From the NCBI GenBank assembly GCA_002418895.1, contig DIFA01000019.1, positions 106,662 through 170,661 on the forward strand: a stretch of 64,000 nucleotides of DNA. Reading direction: 5' to 3'. Under the pieces are notes generated by a model. It ran no database searches. It saw nothing but the letters and a program-made list of their open reading frames with translations, and was not told where the DNA came from. A program made the position numbers and the translations under genes. Numbering within the stretch: the first letter of the stretch is position 1; each line of letters begins with the position of its first letter. Origin of the DNA: Dehalococcoidia bacterium UBA5760 (GTDB lineage Bacteria; Chloroflexota; Dehalococcoidia; Dehalococcoidales; UBA5760). Of the stretch, positions 1 to 12,140 are shown in pieces.

Positions 1-553
<553 letters not shown>

Positions 554-594
554 CTATCGGGCAATAGCAGAATAGTCTTATCAGGTCTAAAATA

Positions 595-2997
595 ATGAAA
601 ATATCGCTCAAGTGGCTTCGAGAATATGTAGACATCACCCTCTCTCCACACGAATTAGCCAATCGGCTGACGATGGCCGGTACTGAGACTGAGGGCATGC
701 AGTGTATCGGGGAAAACTGGACAGGCATCACTATCGGCGAGATAACTGATATTAATCCTCATCCCAATGCCGACCGCCTCAAGCTGGTTACTGTAAATTT
801 GGGTAGCGAGCAGACGACGGTCGTCTGCGGAGCCCCTAACGTTAGAATCGGTAGCAAGGTAGCCTTTGCTCCGGTCGGTGCTCAGCTTATCGATGGCCAT
901 AGTGGAGAACCATTCCGTCTGAAGTCCGCCAGAATTCGGGGTGTCACCTCAAACGGAATGGCCTGCTCAGAAAAAGAACTGGGGATCTCAGATAGCCACG
1001 AGGGAATCGTAATCCTGCCTGATGAAGCGCCTATAGGCACGCCACTGGCTGAGTATCTGGGCGACGTTATTTACGACCTGGCGATAACCGCTAATAGACC
1101 CGACTGCCTGTCGGTAATCGGCGTGGCCAGAGAGGTCGCCGCCCTAACCGGACAGGAATTGCATCGCCCCGATACCAGCTATGCCGAAGCAGGACATCCC
1201 ATCGAGCAGCAAATCTCAGTAGAGATTGCCGATCCCGAGCTTTGTTCCAGATATTGTGCCAGTTTAATCACCGGGATCAGAGTGGCCGCTTCCCCCCGGT
1301 GGCTGCAACAACGCCTGCTGAAGTGCGGTATGCGCCCGATAAGTAATATCGTAGATATTACCAACTACGTTATGCTGGAATACGGTCAACCCCTGCACGC
1401 CTTCGACTACGATCAGATTCAAGACAGGAAGATTATTGTACGCCGGGCTGCCGCCGGTGAAAAGATAACCACCCTCGACGGGCTGGAACGGACCCTCTCT
1501 CCCGATATGCTGGTTATTGCCGATCAGAAAAGAGCAATAGCTATCGCCGGTATTATGGGCGGCATCGATAGTGAGGTTGCCGACGGTACCAGCTCGGTAC
1601 TACTGGAAGCAGCCAACTTCAATCCCGGCAGCATTCATCGTACCGGTAGTGCCTTAAATATGCCCAGTGAAGCCTGTAACCGTTTCGAGAGGGGAATTCG
1701 CCCCGAACTGGTGGATGAAGCAATCAGGAAAGCCACCAAGCTCATCATAGAGTTAGCCGGCGGTCAGGCAGCCAAAGGGCTGATTGATGTCTACCCCAAC
1801 CAGCAGGATCAGGAGCCGATACTGCTAACCAATGAAAAAATAAGGGGCCTTTTGGGTATTGATTTTAGCACCGACCGGATAGTAGCGGCGCTGACTTCCC
1901 TCGGTTTTACCTGTGAGATAGCAACAAATTCCTCAGGAGTACGGGCTACCGCTCCCTACTGGCGAAGCGACATCAAACAGGAGGTTGACCTTATTGAAGA
2001 GGTAGCTCGTATCATCGGCTACGACAAGATCCCCACCACCCTGCTGGGTACGACGCTACCCAGCCAGAGCCCTGAACCGATGGTCAAACTGAAACAGATG
2101 ATAAGGTGCCACCTCAGAGGCTACGGATTCCAGGAGATAGTTACCTATTCCCTAACCAGTCTGGAGATACTCAGAAAACTGCTTCCGGACAATTCCATCG
2201 AACCCACCCCCATCCGCATGGCCAATCCGATGACAGCGGAACAGGAATATCTGCGCACCAACCTGCGGGCCAACCTCTTAACTACCCTCTACTCGAACAG
2301 AAAACATGAAGACGACAGCATCAGAATCTTCGAGCTGGGTAAGGTATATCTACCCAGGCAGAATGACCTGCCTGATGAACCCGAGATCCTATGTGCTCTA
2401 CTAAATGGACCCAGGCAGAGTAAATCCTGGCACGAAGGGGACAGCCCGGTTGACTTCTACGATGCCAAGGGAACCGTCGAAAGCCTGCTCCATAACCTGG
2501 TAACAAATCTTGATTTTGAAAAGAGCAGCGACGCCAGTCTACACCCTAACAAACAGGCCGCCATCCTGATAGACGGCAACAAGGCAGGCATCGTCGGCGA
2601 GCTTCACCCCGGGGTCCGGGAGGCTTTCGATATCTGCGAGCCTACCTACCTCATCGAATTTAATGTCACCACACTCTTACCCTTTACCACCGGCCACAAA
2701 ATGTTCCGGCCTATACCACGCTTTCCGGCAGTAGTAAGAGACATTGCTCTTACAGTGGATAGAGAAGTACCTCATCACAGCATACAGAGTAACATCGAAG
2801 GCACCCATCTGGTAACCAAGGTTACCGTATTTGACGTCTATTCCGGCGGCCAGATCCCCGGTGGCAAGAAATCTATTGCCTACCGGATTACCTTCCAGTC
2901 ACCGGATCATACCTTGACCGACGATGAAGTCGATAAGGTTCAGAAGCAAATAATCGATAAGCTGTCCCGAGAGTTGGGCGCTAACCTACGTAGCTAG
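595..2997 (+). CDS. pheT: Phenylalanine--tRNA ligase beta subunit
   Basis: 800-aa ORF. The N-terminus [12 protein letters not shown] and the tRNA-binding, B3/4, B5 and FDX-ACB-like regions are typical PheT. It sits 41 nt after pheS. Confidence 0.93.
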   Translation: MKISLKWLREYVDITLSPHELANRLTMAGTETEGMQCIGENWTGITIGEITDINPHPNADRLKLVTVNLGSEQTTVVCGAPNVRIGSKVAFAPVGAQLIDGHSGEPFRLKSARIRGVTSNGMACSEKELGISDSHEGIVILPDEAPIGTPLAEYLGDVIYDLAITANRPDCLSVIGVAREVAALTGQELHRPDTSYAEAGHPIEQQISVEIADPELCSRYCASLITGIRVAASPRWLQQRLLKCGMRPISNIVDITNYVMLEYGQPLHAFDYDQIQDRKIIVRRAAAGEKITTLDGLERTLSPDMLVIADQKRAIAIAGIMGGIDSEVADGTSSVLLEAANFNPGSIHRTGSALNMPSEACNRFERGIRPELVDEAIRKATKLIIELAGGQAAKGLIDVYPNQQDQEPILLTNEKIRGLLGIDFSTDRIVAALTSLGFTCEIATNSSGVRATAPYWRSDIKQEVDLIEEVARIIGYDKIPTTLLGTTLPSQSPEPMVKLKQMIRCHLRGYGFQEIVTYSLTSLEILRKLLPDNSIEPTPIRMANPMTAEQEYLRTNLRANLLTTLYSNRKHEDDSIRIFELGKVYLPRQNDLPDEPEILCALLNGPRQSKSWHEGDSPVDFYDAKGTVESLLHNLVTNLDFEKSSDASLHPNKQAAILIDGNKAGIVGELHPGVREAFDICEPTYLIEFNVTTLLPFTTGHKMFRPIPRFPAVVRDIALTVDREVPHHSIQSNIEGTHLVTKVTVFDVYSGGQIPGGKKSIAYRITFQSPDHTLTDDEVDKVQKQIIDKLSRELGANLRS

Positions 2998-3047
2998 AAT
3001 CCGCCTTACGTCTTCATCAAGAGGAAAAAATCCCGCGAGGGTATCGA

Positions 3048-3914
3048 ATGAAAGACAGGGAAATAAAGAAGGTAGTAAGAGAGGGCTACGCCAGGATCGC
3101 AAAAGATGGTAGCTGCTGCTCCAGCCCGGTTAGTTCATGCTGCGGGAGTACCGACTCCGTGCAAGATATCAGCAGACGGATAGGATATACTAAGGGAGAT
3201 CTTGATACAGTACCACAGGGAGCGAACCTGGGCCTCGGCTGCGGCAACCCGCTGGCTATTGGCTCCCTAAGAGAAGGGGAGACCGTTGTCGACCTCGGTT
3301 CGGGAGCCGGTTTTGATTGCTTCCTCGCCGCCAATATAGTCGGTGAGGCAGGGCGAGTCATCGGCATCGATATGACCCCGGAGATGATTGAGAAAGCGAG
3401 AGAAAACGCCGAGAAGGGCAGCTACACCAATGTGGAGTTCCGGCTCGGTGAAATTGAACACCTGCCGATAGCCGATGGCACAGCCGATATCATTATATCA
3501 AACTGTGTTATCAACCTTGCCCCCGATAAAAGAACGGTCTTCGAGGAAGCGTTCCGAGTACTGAAACCAGGCGGTAGACTGATGGTCTCGGACGTAGTCT
3601 TATTGAAGGAGCTTCCCGAATTTATTAAGAACTCGGCGGCAGCCTATGTCGGCTGCGTCTCGGGAGCGATCACCAAAGAAGAATACCTGGCTAACATAAG
3701 AGCAGCCGGGTTTCGGAAGGTTAACATAACCGGTGAGGCAGTCTTTCCCATAGAGTGGCTGACGGACGACCCGAAGGTAGAGGCAACCATTCAGGATTTA
3801 CAGATACCACCGGAGGAGATAAAAGAAACCGCCGATTCGGTCATCAGTATCAAGGTTCAAGCAGTCAAACCTGAGTCGGCAGAGCGGACATTCCTTCATC
3901 GACAAGCCGCCTGA
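3048..3914 (+). CDS. arsM: SAM-dependent methyltransferase of the arsenite methyltransferase (ArsM) type
   Basis: Carries the N-terminal Cys pairs ([12 protein letters not shown]), the SAM motif [11 protein letters not shown] and the NCVINL...[11 protein letters not shown] segment typical of ArsM/Cyt19-like enzymes. The last 50 nt overlap the proS 3' end. Confidence 0.7.
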   Translation: MKDREIKKVVREGYARIAKDGSCCSSPVSSCCGSTDSVQDISRRIGYTKGDLDTVPQGANLGLGCGNPLAIGSLREGETVVDLGSGAGFDCFLAANIVGEAGRVIGIDMTPEMIEKARENAEKGSYTNVEFRLGEIEHLPIADGTADIIISNCVINLAPDKRTVFEEAFRVLKPGGRLMVSDVVLLKELPEFIKNSAAAYVGCVSGAITKEEYLANIRAAGFRKVNITGEAVFPIEWLTDDPKVEATIQDLQIPPEEIKETADSVISIKVQAVKPESAERTFLHRQAA

Positions 3915-5610
3915 GCCTTCCTGCTATCTCCGCCATCGGTACAAGCTGTGACTCTTTCTCAGAGCGCTTTTTTACCTCGACGCTATCCTGTTTTAGAGTA
4001 CGCTGGCTAACGGTCACCCGGATAGGTATCCCCAACAGGTCGGCATCATTGAACTTTACTCCCGGGGATTCCTGGCGATCATCCAGAAGCACCTCAAAAC
4101 CTGCCGAACTGAGCTCTGAGTAGAGCTTCTCCGCCGTCTCCGCAACACCGGTATTCTCCCGATATAAAGGACAGAGATGAACCTGGTAGGGAGCGATAGG
4201 CAACGGCCAGATAATGCCATGGTCGTCATGGTTTTGCTCAATAGCAGCCGCCAGCAGTCTGCCGATGCCGATGCCGTAGCAGCCCATAACAATAGGACGA
4301 TCAATGCCGTCAGAATCGGCGTAGAATGCACCTAATTTTTTCGAGAGAAAGGTACCCAGCTTGAAGATATGTCCGACCTCGATGCCGTGTGTAGAAATTA
4401 ACTTACCGCCGCACCTGGGGCATTTTTCACCGGCGCAAGCCCTGGCTATATCAGACATGATATCGGCACTAAAATCACGGGGGTAGTTGACATTCTTAAG
4501 GTGTGTTTCCGGGCTGTTGGCACCGGCAACAAAGTTCACCCCGGGGATTACCGAATCATCAACAACGGTCCTAACATTTCTGAGGCCTACCGGTGAAGCG
4601 AATCCAGCGATAATACCGGCTTTCCTAATCTCCTCTTCATCAGCCAGATGGAGTTCAACGCATTTCAGGATATTCTTCAGTTTAACCTCATTTACCTCAA
4701 GGTCTCCCCTGATAACAGCAAAGACAAGCTCGCCATCAGCCGCATAGAATACCGCCTTAAGGATATGGTCCGGCGATACCTTGAGAAAATCAGAGAGAGC
4801 ACTGATAGTAGTCACTCCCGGTGTCGCCACCTCTTCTAACGGCAACGGATCCTCTCCATCCTCCTTGCCTTTTGCGCAACAGGCCTTTTCCGAATTAGCC
4901 GCATACTGACAACCGGAGCAATAGATGATTTCATCCTCTCCGGTCTCCATAATGACCATGAATTCGTGTGAGTCCTTGCCACCAATAGCACCGCTGTCAG
5001 CTTCGACAAACAAAGCAGGCAGACCACAGCGAGCATATATCCTCTGGTATGCCTTAAGCATCTTGTTATAGCTCAAATCCAGACCCTTTTCATCAATATC
5101 GAAGCTATAGAGGTCTTTCATAGTGAACTCGCGAACCCGGAGCAGACCGGCCCTGGGACGGGGTTCGTCACGAAACTTGGTCTGGATTTGATATAGAAGC
5201 AGCGGCAGGTCCCGATAGCTCTTAACATACTGGCTGGCCAGCCTGGTAGCGACCTCTTCATGAGTCGGACCTAAACACAGTCTGCGCTCCCTGCGGTCAT
5301 TCAGAACGAAAAGTCCCTCGCCGAAAGCCTGGTCGCGACCCGTTTGCTGCCATAACTCGAGGGGCTGGAGCACAGGCATCATAAGTTCCTGACCGCCAGC
5401 GGTATCCATCTCGTCACGGATTATATTTTCTATCTTCCTGAGCGCCCGCAAAGCCAGAGGCAGATAGGAATATATCCCGGAGGCTACCTGATATATCATC
5501 CCCGATTTCAGAAGCAGTTGATGACTGACAGTATCTGCTTCGGCAGGTATTTCTCTCTGCGTCCTGCCGAAAAGTCTTGATATTCTCACTTTACTCGTTA
5601 TCCAATCCAA
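3865..5610 (-). CDS. proS: Proline--tRNA ligase
   Basis: 581-aa ORF with [11 protein letters not shown], class II motifs and an editing-domain insertion. The start is uncertain: TTG at 5610 or GTG at 5589. Confidence 0.92.
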   Translation of the reverse strand: MDWITSKVRISRLFGRTQREIPAEADTVSHQLLLKSGMIYQVASGIYSYLPLALRALRKIENIIRDEMDTAGGQELMMPVLQPLELWQQTGRDQAFGEGLFVLNDRRERRLCLGPTHEEVATRLASQYVKSYRDLPLLLYQIQTKFRDEPRPRAGLLRVREFTMKDLYSFDIDEKGLDLSYNKMLKAYQRIYARCGLPALFVEADSGAIGGKDSHEFMVIMETGEDEIIYCSGCQYAANSEKACCAKGKEDGEDPLPLEEVATPGVTTISALSDFLKVSPDHILKAVFYAADGELVFAVIRGDLEVNEVKLKNILKCVELHLADEEEIRKAGIIAGFASPVGLRNVRTVVDDSVIPGVNFVAGANSPETHLKNVNYPRDFSADIMSDIARACAGEKCPRCGGKLISTHGIEVGHIFKLGTFLSKKLGAFYADSDGIDRPIVMGCYGIGIGRLLAAAIEQNHDDHGIIWPLPIAPYQVHLCPLYRENTGVAETAEKLYSELSSAGFEVLLDDRQESPGVKFNDADLLGIPIRVTVSQRTLKQDSVEVKKRSEKESQLVPMAEIAGRLRRLVDEGMSALPTQV

Positions 5611-5769
5611 TCATATTCGCCGGGCTACTCGTCTTTTAATCACACCAACAATCCCGCTATCCCCAAAATCACAGGACAGCCAAGTGATAAAGACACCCGA
5701 TGCCATACCTTAAGTGTCCCAGGTAATTATGGTGAGAGATACAGGATGCGCCGTCTGATTCAGACCAGA

Positions 5770-6084
5770 TTAGGCGAATTCTTTCTTACCCATTACGACA
5801 AATATAATCGCCACTACCCCCAGGGGAATGATAGGAAACATAGCGCAGATAGCAGCGAACAGACAGTATCCCCAGACCTTTCTCTTGAACATCAGAATAG
5901 CGCCGATTAAGGCCAATATTCCGAGTGCGAGTAAGCCACCGCCTATACCGGTTAACCAGCCTAGCCCGGTTAACTCAGCAACCACCCCGGTACCCAGAAG
6001 TGCAAAGGCCCCGTAGATTATGCCAACAATACCACCGATTAAGGTCAAAATAGCAGCCAGTGTTACCTTCCAGGTTCTTTTCAT
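5770..6084 (-). CDS. Small Gly-rich multi-pass membrane protein, paralogue of 43797..44147
   Basis: 104 aa and strongly hydrophobic. The C-terminal third aligns with the protein at 43797..44147, and both end in GKKEF. Confidence 0.6.
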   Translation of the reverse strand: MKRTWKVTLAAILTLIGGIVGIIYGAFALLGTGVVAELTGLGWLTGIGGGLLALGILALIGAILMFKRKVWGYCLFAAICAMFPIIPLGVVAIIFVVMGKKEFA

Positions 6085-6259
6085 CGCTTAACCTCCCTTT
6101 AATTAAATTAGGTTATCAACAATGATACATAAGGCGTGACTATTTTTCAATACCCGGTCAGCTTTTTTACGCCCGAAATACCTGGTTACAAGGATTCGGG
6201 CTTAAGATTTCCTGCCAATTAGTTGACATAAATAAGTAGTGCTTTTTTGTTGCAGATTA

Positions 6260-7024
6260 CTACACGATTAGTCGGCGTCTCATGGTTTTAAGCGATATTG
6301 CAAAAAAAGCGATCGCTAGACCAAAAATGTAGGCCAGCGCCGGGAGAAGATCGGTAGTTAAGGTACCACTGATTAGTGCTCGGTTAAGCTGAACCACCGG
6401 TGTCAGGGGAGCGATCCAGCTTAACTTTTGTACTATCTCCGGGAACGAAGAAAGAGGGAAGAATACCCCGCTGAAGAAGAATACCGGCGTGATAAACAGA
6501 CTGAAGTAATAATTGAAACTGTAGATGGAGGGGATAAGAGAGGAATACAGGACGGCGATGGCAGAGAACATAATGCCGGCCAGAAACGAAACCGGTAGAA
6601 TGAGTAATGCCCAGGGCGAATGTACCAGTTGAAAAGCGGCAGCAACGGCGAGGATGAAGCTGCCGGTAAGCAGGGAGCGGGTAGCTCCCCAGAAGATTTC
6701 GCCGGCGGTGACGTCTTCAATATTTAGTGGCGTGACGATGATGGCATCGTAAGTTCTTTGATGCTCCATGCGGATAAAGGTGCCGTAGGTACACTCGAAG
6801 CTGGCGCTGAACATAGCATAGCCAGCAATAACACCAGGCGCGACAAATTCGATATACGATTGACCGTTAACCACCCCAACGTATGTTCCTAAGCCTAGAC
6901 CCATGGCGAGCAGAATGATAATCGGTTCGGCGACCATCACCGGTATTTCCGAGCGCCACAGCCGGAAAAAGACGTCTCGATTACGCTGCCAGACCCTGAT
7001 AAACCGCCAAGAGAAGGACTTCAT
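6260..7024 (-). CDS. ABC-2 type exporter permease
   Basis: 254 aa, about 6 TM segments, ABC-2 family look. It overlaps the upstream ATPase gene by 4 nt (ATGA). Confidence 0.8.
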   Translation of the reverse strand: MKSFSWRFIRVWQRNRDVFFRLWRSEIPVMVAEPIIILLAMGLGLGTYVGVVNGQSYIEFVAPGVIAGYAMFSASFECTYGTFIRMEHQRTYDAIIVTPLNIEDVTAGEIFWGATRSLLTGSFILAVAAAFQLVHSPWALLILPVSFLAGIMFSAIAVLYSSLIPSIYSFNYYFSLFITPVFFFSGVFFPLSSFPEIVQKLSWIAPLTPVVQLNRALISGTLTTDLLPALAYIFGLAIAFFAISLKTMRRRLIV

Positions 7025-7932
7025 TCGATTAGAGTCCTCCCGGTTAGTCTGAGAAAAACGTCTTCCAAGGTGCCCGGCCTACGCTGCAAGCTAATCAGAC
7101 TATTACCAAGGTCTTTGATTACCGCGTCAGAATCAATGTGAAAGAGGTGAATCCGGTTATCCACTACTTCAAAATCCAGGCTGAGGTTTTTTAGTTTCTC
7201 TTTTACATCATTTTTTTCTTCGCTGGTGACCTCAATTACATATACCGTTTTGCCCACATGGCGGATAACCAACTTCTGTGGAGTATCTAGACTCAAGATC
7301 TTACCCAAGTGCATGATGGCCACCCGATCGCAGATATCGGCGGCCTCCTCCATATTGTGGGTGCACAGAAGCTGAGTGACCCCCTGAGATTTTAGCTCAG
7401 CCAGCTTACGCCAGACCATGTGTTTGGCCTGAGGATCAAGTCCTATCGTGGGTTCGTCGAGAATTATAAGCTGGGGCCGGTTAATCATACCTCGGGCAAT
7501 AAGGAGACGCCGCTTCATACCTCCGGAGAGCTCGTTAATACGGCTATCATGCTTATTTTCCAGTTCAAAAAGGCCTAGTATTTCCCGGCTACGCTGCTTA
7601 GCTTCTTCTTTCGGTAGATCGAAGTACCGGGCGAAGGTTACCAAATTCTGAATTACGGTCAGGTCTTCATCAAGGTTATCCAGTTGTGGCACCACGCCTA
7701 ATTTAGCTTTCACCTGCCGGGAATCGGTGCGCAGATTATGGCCGAGAACCCAGATATCACCACTGGTTGGAGGAGATGCAGCAACTATCATTCTGAGCAG
7801 GGAAGTCTTGCCAGCCCCATTTGGCCCCAGCAGTCCAAAGCATTCACCCCTGATGACCTCTAAATTTACGTCGTCTACAGCAACCAGTTCTCTAAATTTC
7901 TTGGTCAGGTTGTTGGTTTTAATAATTGACAT
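7021..7932 (-). CDS. ABC exporter ATP-binding protein (DrrA/NodI-like)
   Basis: Walker A GPNGAGKTS, signature LSGGMKRRL, Walker B LIILDEPT. I placed the start at ATG 7932, which follows GGTGG plus a 5-nt spacer. The track ORF starts 9 nt earlier. Confidence 0.88.
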   Translation of the reverse strand: MSIIKTNNLTKKFRELVAVDDVNLEVIRGECFGLLGPNGAGKTSLLRMIVAASPPTSGDIWVLGHNLRTDSRQVKAKLGVVPQLDNLDEDLTVIQNLVTFARYFDLPKEEAKQRSREILGLFELENKHDSRINELSGGMKRRLLIARGMINRPQLIILDEPTIGLDPQAKHMVWRKLAELKSQGVTQLLCTHNMEEAADICDRVAIMHLGKILSLDTPQKLVIRHVGKTVYVIEVTSEEKNDVKEKLKNLSLDFEVVDNRIHLFHIDSDAVIKDLGNSLISLQRRPGTLEDVFLRLTGRTLIE

Positions 7933-8015
7933 AAGAACCACCAGATAGCCTCCAGAATCCCCGGCTATCGATATTACTATCTTGGACTACACCACCATGA
8001 TTAGACAGATATTAC

Positions 8016-9062
8016 CTAAAACCTTTCCACTTCCCTCATTAATACACTGACCAAATCCTTTTCCTCTATGGTCCTTATCTTCTTACCCTTTTTAAAGAGG
8101 ACGGCTTTACCCTTACCGCAGGCAATGCCGATATCAGCATCCCGGGCTTCACCGGGTCCGTTGACGACACAACCCATCACGGCTACCTTGAGCGGCCGGT
8201 TAACCTTCAGAAGCGCATCCTCAACCTCCCGGACCAGACTGATGATATCAACCTCAGCCCTCCCGCAGGACGGGCAACTGACCAGTACCGGACCACGCTG
8301 ACGCATATTCAGGCTCTTCAGGATCTCATAGCCGGCGGCAACCTCCTCCCGAGGATGAGCGGTCAGGGAAACCCGGATGGTATCTCCGATACCAAGGTAG
8401 AGCAGGGTGCCAATACCCACTGAACTGCGGATGATACCTGCCCTCGGTGTGCCGGCTTCGGTAATCCCAATATGAAGGGGATACGGAATCCTCCCGGCAA
8501 TATTCCGATAGGCCTCAATGGTGGTAGGAACATCGAAGGCTTTCAGAGACACCTTAATCAGGTCGAAGTCCAGGCTCTCCAGCAGCCTGATCTGCTTTAA
8601 GGCTGCTTCCACCATCTGCCGGGCAACGGATAGACCGGGACACTCTGCCTCAGGCAAGCTGCCGGCATTTACCCCGATGCGGATAGGAACGCCCCTTTCC
8701 TTAGCCAACCTGGCCACGATAGATACCTCATCCGGCTTACCGATATTACCCGGGTTTAAGCGCAACCCGTCGGCTCCAGCCTCCAATGCGATTAATGCCA
8801 GCCGATAATTAAAGTGAATGTCAGCAACCAGCGGCAGGGAAGTACATTTTTTTATCGCTGCTATCGCCCGTCCTGCCTCGGCATCAGGCACCGCCACACG
8901 CACCAATTCGCAGCCGCAGTCTTCCAGCTCCCTGATCTGGGCAATAGTTGACATAATATCTCGAGTATCAGTCTTAGTCATCGACTGTACCACAATAGGA
9001 GCACCACCGCCGACGGTAACATTCCCAATTTGAAGCGGCCTGCTGTTTCGACGAATCTCCAT
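8016..9062 (-). CDS. ispG: 4-hydroxy-3-methylbut-2-en-1-yl diphosphate synthase
   Basis: 348 aa with VRVAVPD, GVNAGSL and the C-terminal CPSCGR...MGCVVNGPGE Fe-S motifs. Confidence 0.93.
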   Translation of the reverse strand: MEIRRNSRPLQIGNVTVGGGAPIVVQSMTKTDTRDIMSTIAQIRELEDCGCELVRVAVPDAEAGRAIAAIKKCTSLPLVADIHFNYRLALIALEAGADGLRLNPGNIGKPDEVSIVARLAKERGVPIRIGVNAGSLPEAECPGLSVARQMVEAALKQIRLLESLDFDLIKVSLKAFDVPTTIEAYRNIAGRIPYPLHIGITEAGTPRAGIIRSSVGIGTLLYLGIGDTIRVSLTAHPREEVAAGYEILKSLNMRQRGPVLVSCPSCGRAEVDIISLVREVEDALLKVNRPLKVAVMGCVVNGPGEARDADIGIACGKGKAVLFKKGKKIRTIEEKDLVSVLMREVERF

Positions 9063-9076
9063 GATATCATCTGCCT

Positions 9077-10135
9077 CTATGGCATCAGGCTCCCTCCACC
9101 AACAATGCGCAAAATATCACTATAGGTCACCGCAGCAAAAACACCCATAAGCAGCAGGAAACCGATCAGGTGTACCTTTCCTTCCGTCTTGGGCGACACA
9201 CGCCGGCCCCGGCGTACTTTCTCCAACAGAAGAAAGCCTATCCTTCCCCCATCCAGGGCAGGGAGCGGGAAAAGATTTATCAAACCGATATTAAGGCTGA
9301 GAAAAGCAGCGAATTCCAGCAGCGGACTAATCCCCACTTTAGCTGCCTCACCGGTCATTTGAGCAATACCTACCGGTCCTGTTAATTTGAGAGAGGTAGT
9401 GCCGGCAAGCATACTCAGTATACCATTCTTAAAAAGGGCCATGGTTTCCACACATGCCGAGACGGCTAAAGATGGCACCCTCCAGAACGGCTCGCTGCGG
9501 CGTACAACAGTTGCCTCCGGCATGCTAATCACGATCCCCACTGCCCCCTGGCCCTCGGGAGGTCTCCACCTTGGTACCATATTAACATCCTCTACGGTTA
9601 AATCACCGTGCTCGACTCTTACCACGATCTCCCTGCCCAGGCTAATCTGGATGTAGCGCTGCAGGTCGCTACTGTTCTCCAGAGGCTTTCCGTTTATACT
9701 GACTATCCTGTCTCCGGGTTCAATACCGGCTAAAGCCGCCGGTGAACCGGACGCCACATCCTCTACCAGCACATCTCCGATTACCATATTATGAGGAACC
9801 ATAAAAGCAATAGCAAAGAGGATCAGAGGCAGCAAAAAGTTCATCAGCGAGCCGGCGCTGAGCACCAGAAGCCTGATACCAAAAGACTTACCGGCCAGGC
9901 TTCTGGGCGCACCGGGGTCTTCTTCGCCGGACATTTTGGTAAACCCACCCAGCGGTATCGCATTCAGTGAATAGATCGTTTCGCCCCGTTTCACCGAAAA
10001 TAACCTGGGGGGTAGTCCGACGCCGAACTCCTTCACTTCCACACCGGAGGCTTTGGCAGTGATGAAATGCCCCAGCTCATGGGCAATGATAATTACTGCC
10101 AGGACGCCAAGGAAAATAAGCACCGTAATCAGCAC
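9077..10135 (-). CDS. rseP: Site-2 (M50) zinc metalloprotease, RseP-like, with PDZ domain
   Basis: HELGHF at the N-terminus, a central PDZ-like region and a C-terminal NLFPLPALDGG motif. It lies between dxr and ispG, as in many bacteria. Confidence 0.85.
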   Translation of the reverse strand: MLITVLIFLGVLAVIIIAHELGHFITAKASGVEVKEFGVGLPPRLFSVKRGETIYSLNAIPLGGFTKMSGEEDPGAPRSLAGKSFGIRLLVLSAGSLMNFLLPLILFAIAFMVPHNMVIGDVLVEDVASGSPAALAGIEPGDRIVSINGKPLENSSDLQRYIQISLGREIVVRVEHGDLTVEDVNMVPRWRPPEGQGAVGIVISMPEATVVRRSEPFWRVPSLAVSACVETMALFKNGILSMLAGTTSLKLTGPVGIAQMTGEAAKVGISPLLEFAAFLSLNIGLINLFPLPALDGGRIGFLLLEKVRRGRRVSPKTEGKVHLIGFLLLMGVFAAVTYSDILRIVGGGSLMP

Positions 10136-11280
10136 GGGCTATCTCCACTAACAAATCGGTAGGCCGTCTCCCTGGCCCAGACATCAGCAGATATAATCTC
10201 ATCCAGGTCAGGGCAGACCACCATCTGGTGCCGCTCTAACACCTGCTCGACAAGGCGAGCGATACCGGTAAATTCAATGCGCCGGGATAGGAACAGGTTA
10301 GCCGCAACCTCGTCAGCGGCACAAAGCACAGCCGGGTAAGTGCCCCCCTTCCTGCCTGCCTCAATAGCCAGCCTGAGACAGGGAAATACATCCGGGTCAA
10401 CCTGCCCGAAGGTAAGATTACTCATTACGTCCCAGTTGAGCCGCTCGAGATGGGGATTAGGCAAGCGCTCGGGATAAGATAGGGCGTACTGGATAGGCAA
10501 GCGCATATCGGGACATCCCAACTGGGCCTTAACCGAACCATCAACGAATTCTACCAGGGAATGGACAATACTCTGTGGATGAACTAGAACCTCAATGCTC
10601 TCAAAAGGCATATCGAACAGCCAGTGGGCCTCAATTACCTCAAGGCCTTTGTTCATAAGGGTAGCCGAATCAACGGTAACCTTCCTCCCCATCCGCCACG
10701 AGGGATGTTTTAGCGCCTGCTCGACGGTTACTTTACTCAGCCGTGATTTCGAATAATGCCGGAAGGGACCCCCCGATGCCGTCAGCACAAGACGAATCGG
10801 CTTCTGATTCTCTCCTTGAAGGCATTGCCATATCGCGCTATGCTCGCTATCGAGAGGTAGAATTAGGGCTTTATTCAGCCCGGCTTCACGGGTGATAATC
10901 TCGCCGGCCGCGACCAGCGACTCTTTGTTAGCCAGTGCAATTTCCTTTCCGGCCTTTACCGCCGCCATCAGAGGCAACAAACCTGACTTCCCGGAAGTAG
11001 CGATAACAACGGTATCAACCCGGGGATGAGAAGCGATATCCTCCGGCGATAAGAACTCACAGTTTATATCAGCCGGTCTCTGTCCTGACTTCCCATCCTG
11101 AAAATAGACAAACCTGGGCCGGAACTCATTTACCTGCCTGGCCAGCAAGTCAATATTCTTCCCGGCAGCCAATCCGATGACACGAAATCTGTGCGGAAAA
11201 GCACGGACTACCTCAAGGGTTTGTTGACCTATGGAACCGGTTGAACCCAGAATGGCCAGTTGCTTAATTACGCCAGTCAT
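10129..11280 (-). CDS. dxr: 1-deoxy-D-xylulose 5-phosphate reductoisomerase
   Basis: ILGSTGSIG NADPH motif plus LANKESLV and PLDSEHSA. I chose ATG 11280, which forms an ATGA overlap with the cdsA stop. The track start at TTG 11289 is also possible. Confidence 0.93.
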   Translation of the reverse strand: MTGVIKQLAILGSTGSIGQQTLEVVRAFPHRFRVIGLAAGKNIDLLARQVNEFRPRFVYFQDGKSGQRPADINCEFLSPEDIASHPRVDTVVIATSGKSGLLPLMAAVKAGKEIALANKESLVAAGEIITREAGLNKALILPLDSEHSAIWQCLQGENQKPIRLVLTASGGPFRHYSKSRLSKVTVEQALKHPSWRMGRKVTVDSATLMNKGLEVIEAHWLFDMPFESIEVLVHPQSIVHSLVEFVDGSVKAQLGCPDMRLPIQYALSYPERLPNPHLERLNWDVMSNLTFGQVDPDVFPCLRLAIEAGRKGGTYPAVLCAADEVAANLFLSRRIEFTGIARLVEQVLERHQMVVCPDLDEIISADVWARETAYRFVSGDSPC

Positions 11281-12119
11281 ATCAAGCAATAGTATACATA
11301 GTATACCACATAGTATACCAGCGCACCGGCAAAAATGAGACTATCGATACGGTCAAGGACTCCTCCGTGGCCCGGCATCATGCTGCCGGAATCCTTTACC
11401 CCCATATTGCGCTTCAGCAGGGACTCGACAAGATCGCCCATCTGCCCGAAGATACTGACCAGTACGGCTAACGGAATTACCTGCCCGGGAAAAAGCGGAA
11501 GACGGAACGGGGTAGGGGTAAAAAACAGTATACTCACTACGGCAGCAGCGCCTATACCGCCTGCTACTCCCTCCCAGGTCTTGCCCGGGCTGATGTCTGG
11601 AGCAAGCTTGTGCCTGCCGAATTTTCTACCGACAAAGAAAGCCATGGTATCGGAAGCCCAGGTAACAAACAGGATAAAGAATACCCAGTTTCTGCCATCA
11701 TCCAGCCCTCTCAGAGCAACTAGATGACCCAGCAGCCAGCCCACATAGAGTATACCGGCGATTGTCCAAACCCAGCTCTGGAAAGCCCCTTCTTTATTCC
11801 GACGCGCCAGAAGTCCCATTAGGGGTAGCACCACCGCCGAGGTCAACAGTAAGGGCATGAGTAAGCCAGGAGTAAGATAAGGATTAAGGAAAGACAGCAG
11901 CTCCGGGTTGCGACCCAGAATAAAGAACGCCGTCCAGATTAGACCGAAGCAGGCGAACGGCAACAGCTTTGCCATAGCTGCCATTCGATAAAACTCAAGA
12001 ACAGCCAGGACGCCAAAGACGACCATTAATACGGTAAAACCCCTCTCACCACCAAACCAGACAACCACCACCAGAAGAGGAGCAAACCAGAGGGAAGTTA
12101 TAACCCTTTTCTTAAGCAT
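11277..12119 (-). CDS. cdsA: Phosphatidate cytidylyltransferase
   Basis: Polytopic membrane protein with the signature SLLKRNMGVKDSGSMMPGHGGVLDRIDS. Confidence 0.88.
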   Translation of the reverse strand: MLKKRVITSLWFAPLLVVVVWFGGERGFTVLMVVFGVLAVLEFYRMAAMAKLLPFACFGLIWTAFFILGRNPELLSFLNPYLTPGLLMPLLLTSAVVLPLMGLLARRNKEGAFQSWVWTIAGILYVGWLLGHLVALRGLDDGRNWVFFILFVTWASDTMAFFVGRKFGRHKLAPDISPGKTWEGVAGGIGAAAVVSILFFTPTPFRLPLFPGQVIPLAVLVSIFGQMGDLVESLLKRNMGVKDSGSMMPGHGGVLDRIDSLIFAGALVYYVVYYVYYCLI

Positions 12120-12140
12120 ACGCTTCTGCCGGACATTTAG

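Noticed and set aside
5611-5769. Possible T-box leader upstream of proS. The short region upstream of pheS/pheT was also checked.
   Set aside because: Neither strand of the proS upstream region contains the conserved T-box sequence (AANNNGGGTGGTACCGCG-like) or a terminator/antiterminator pair.
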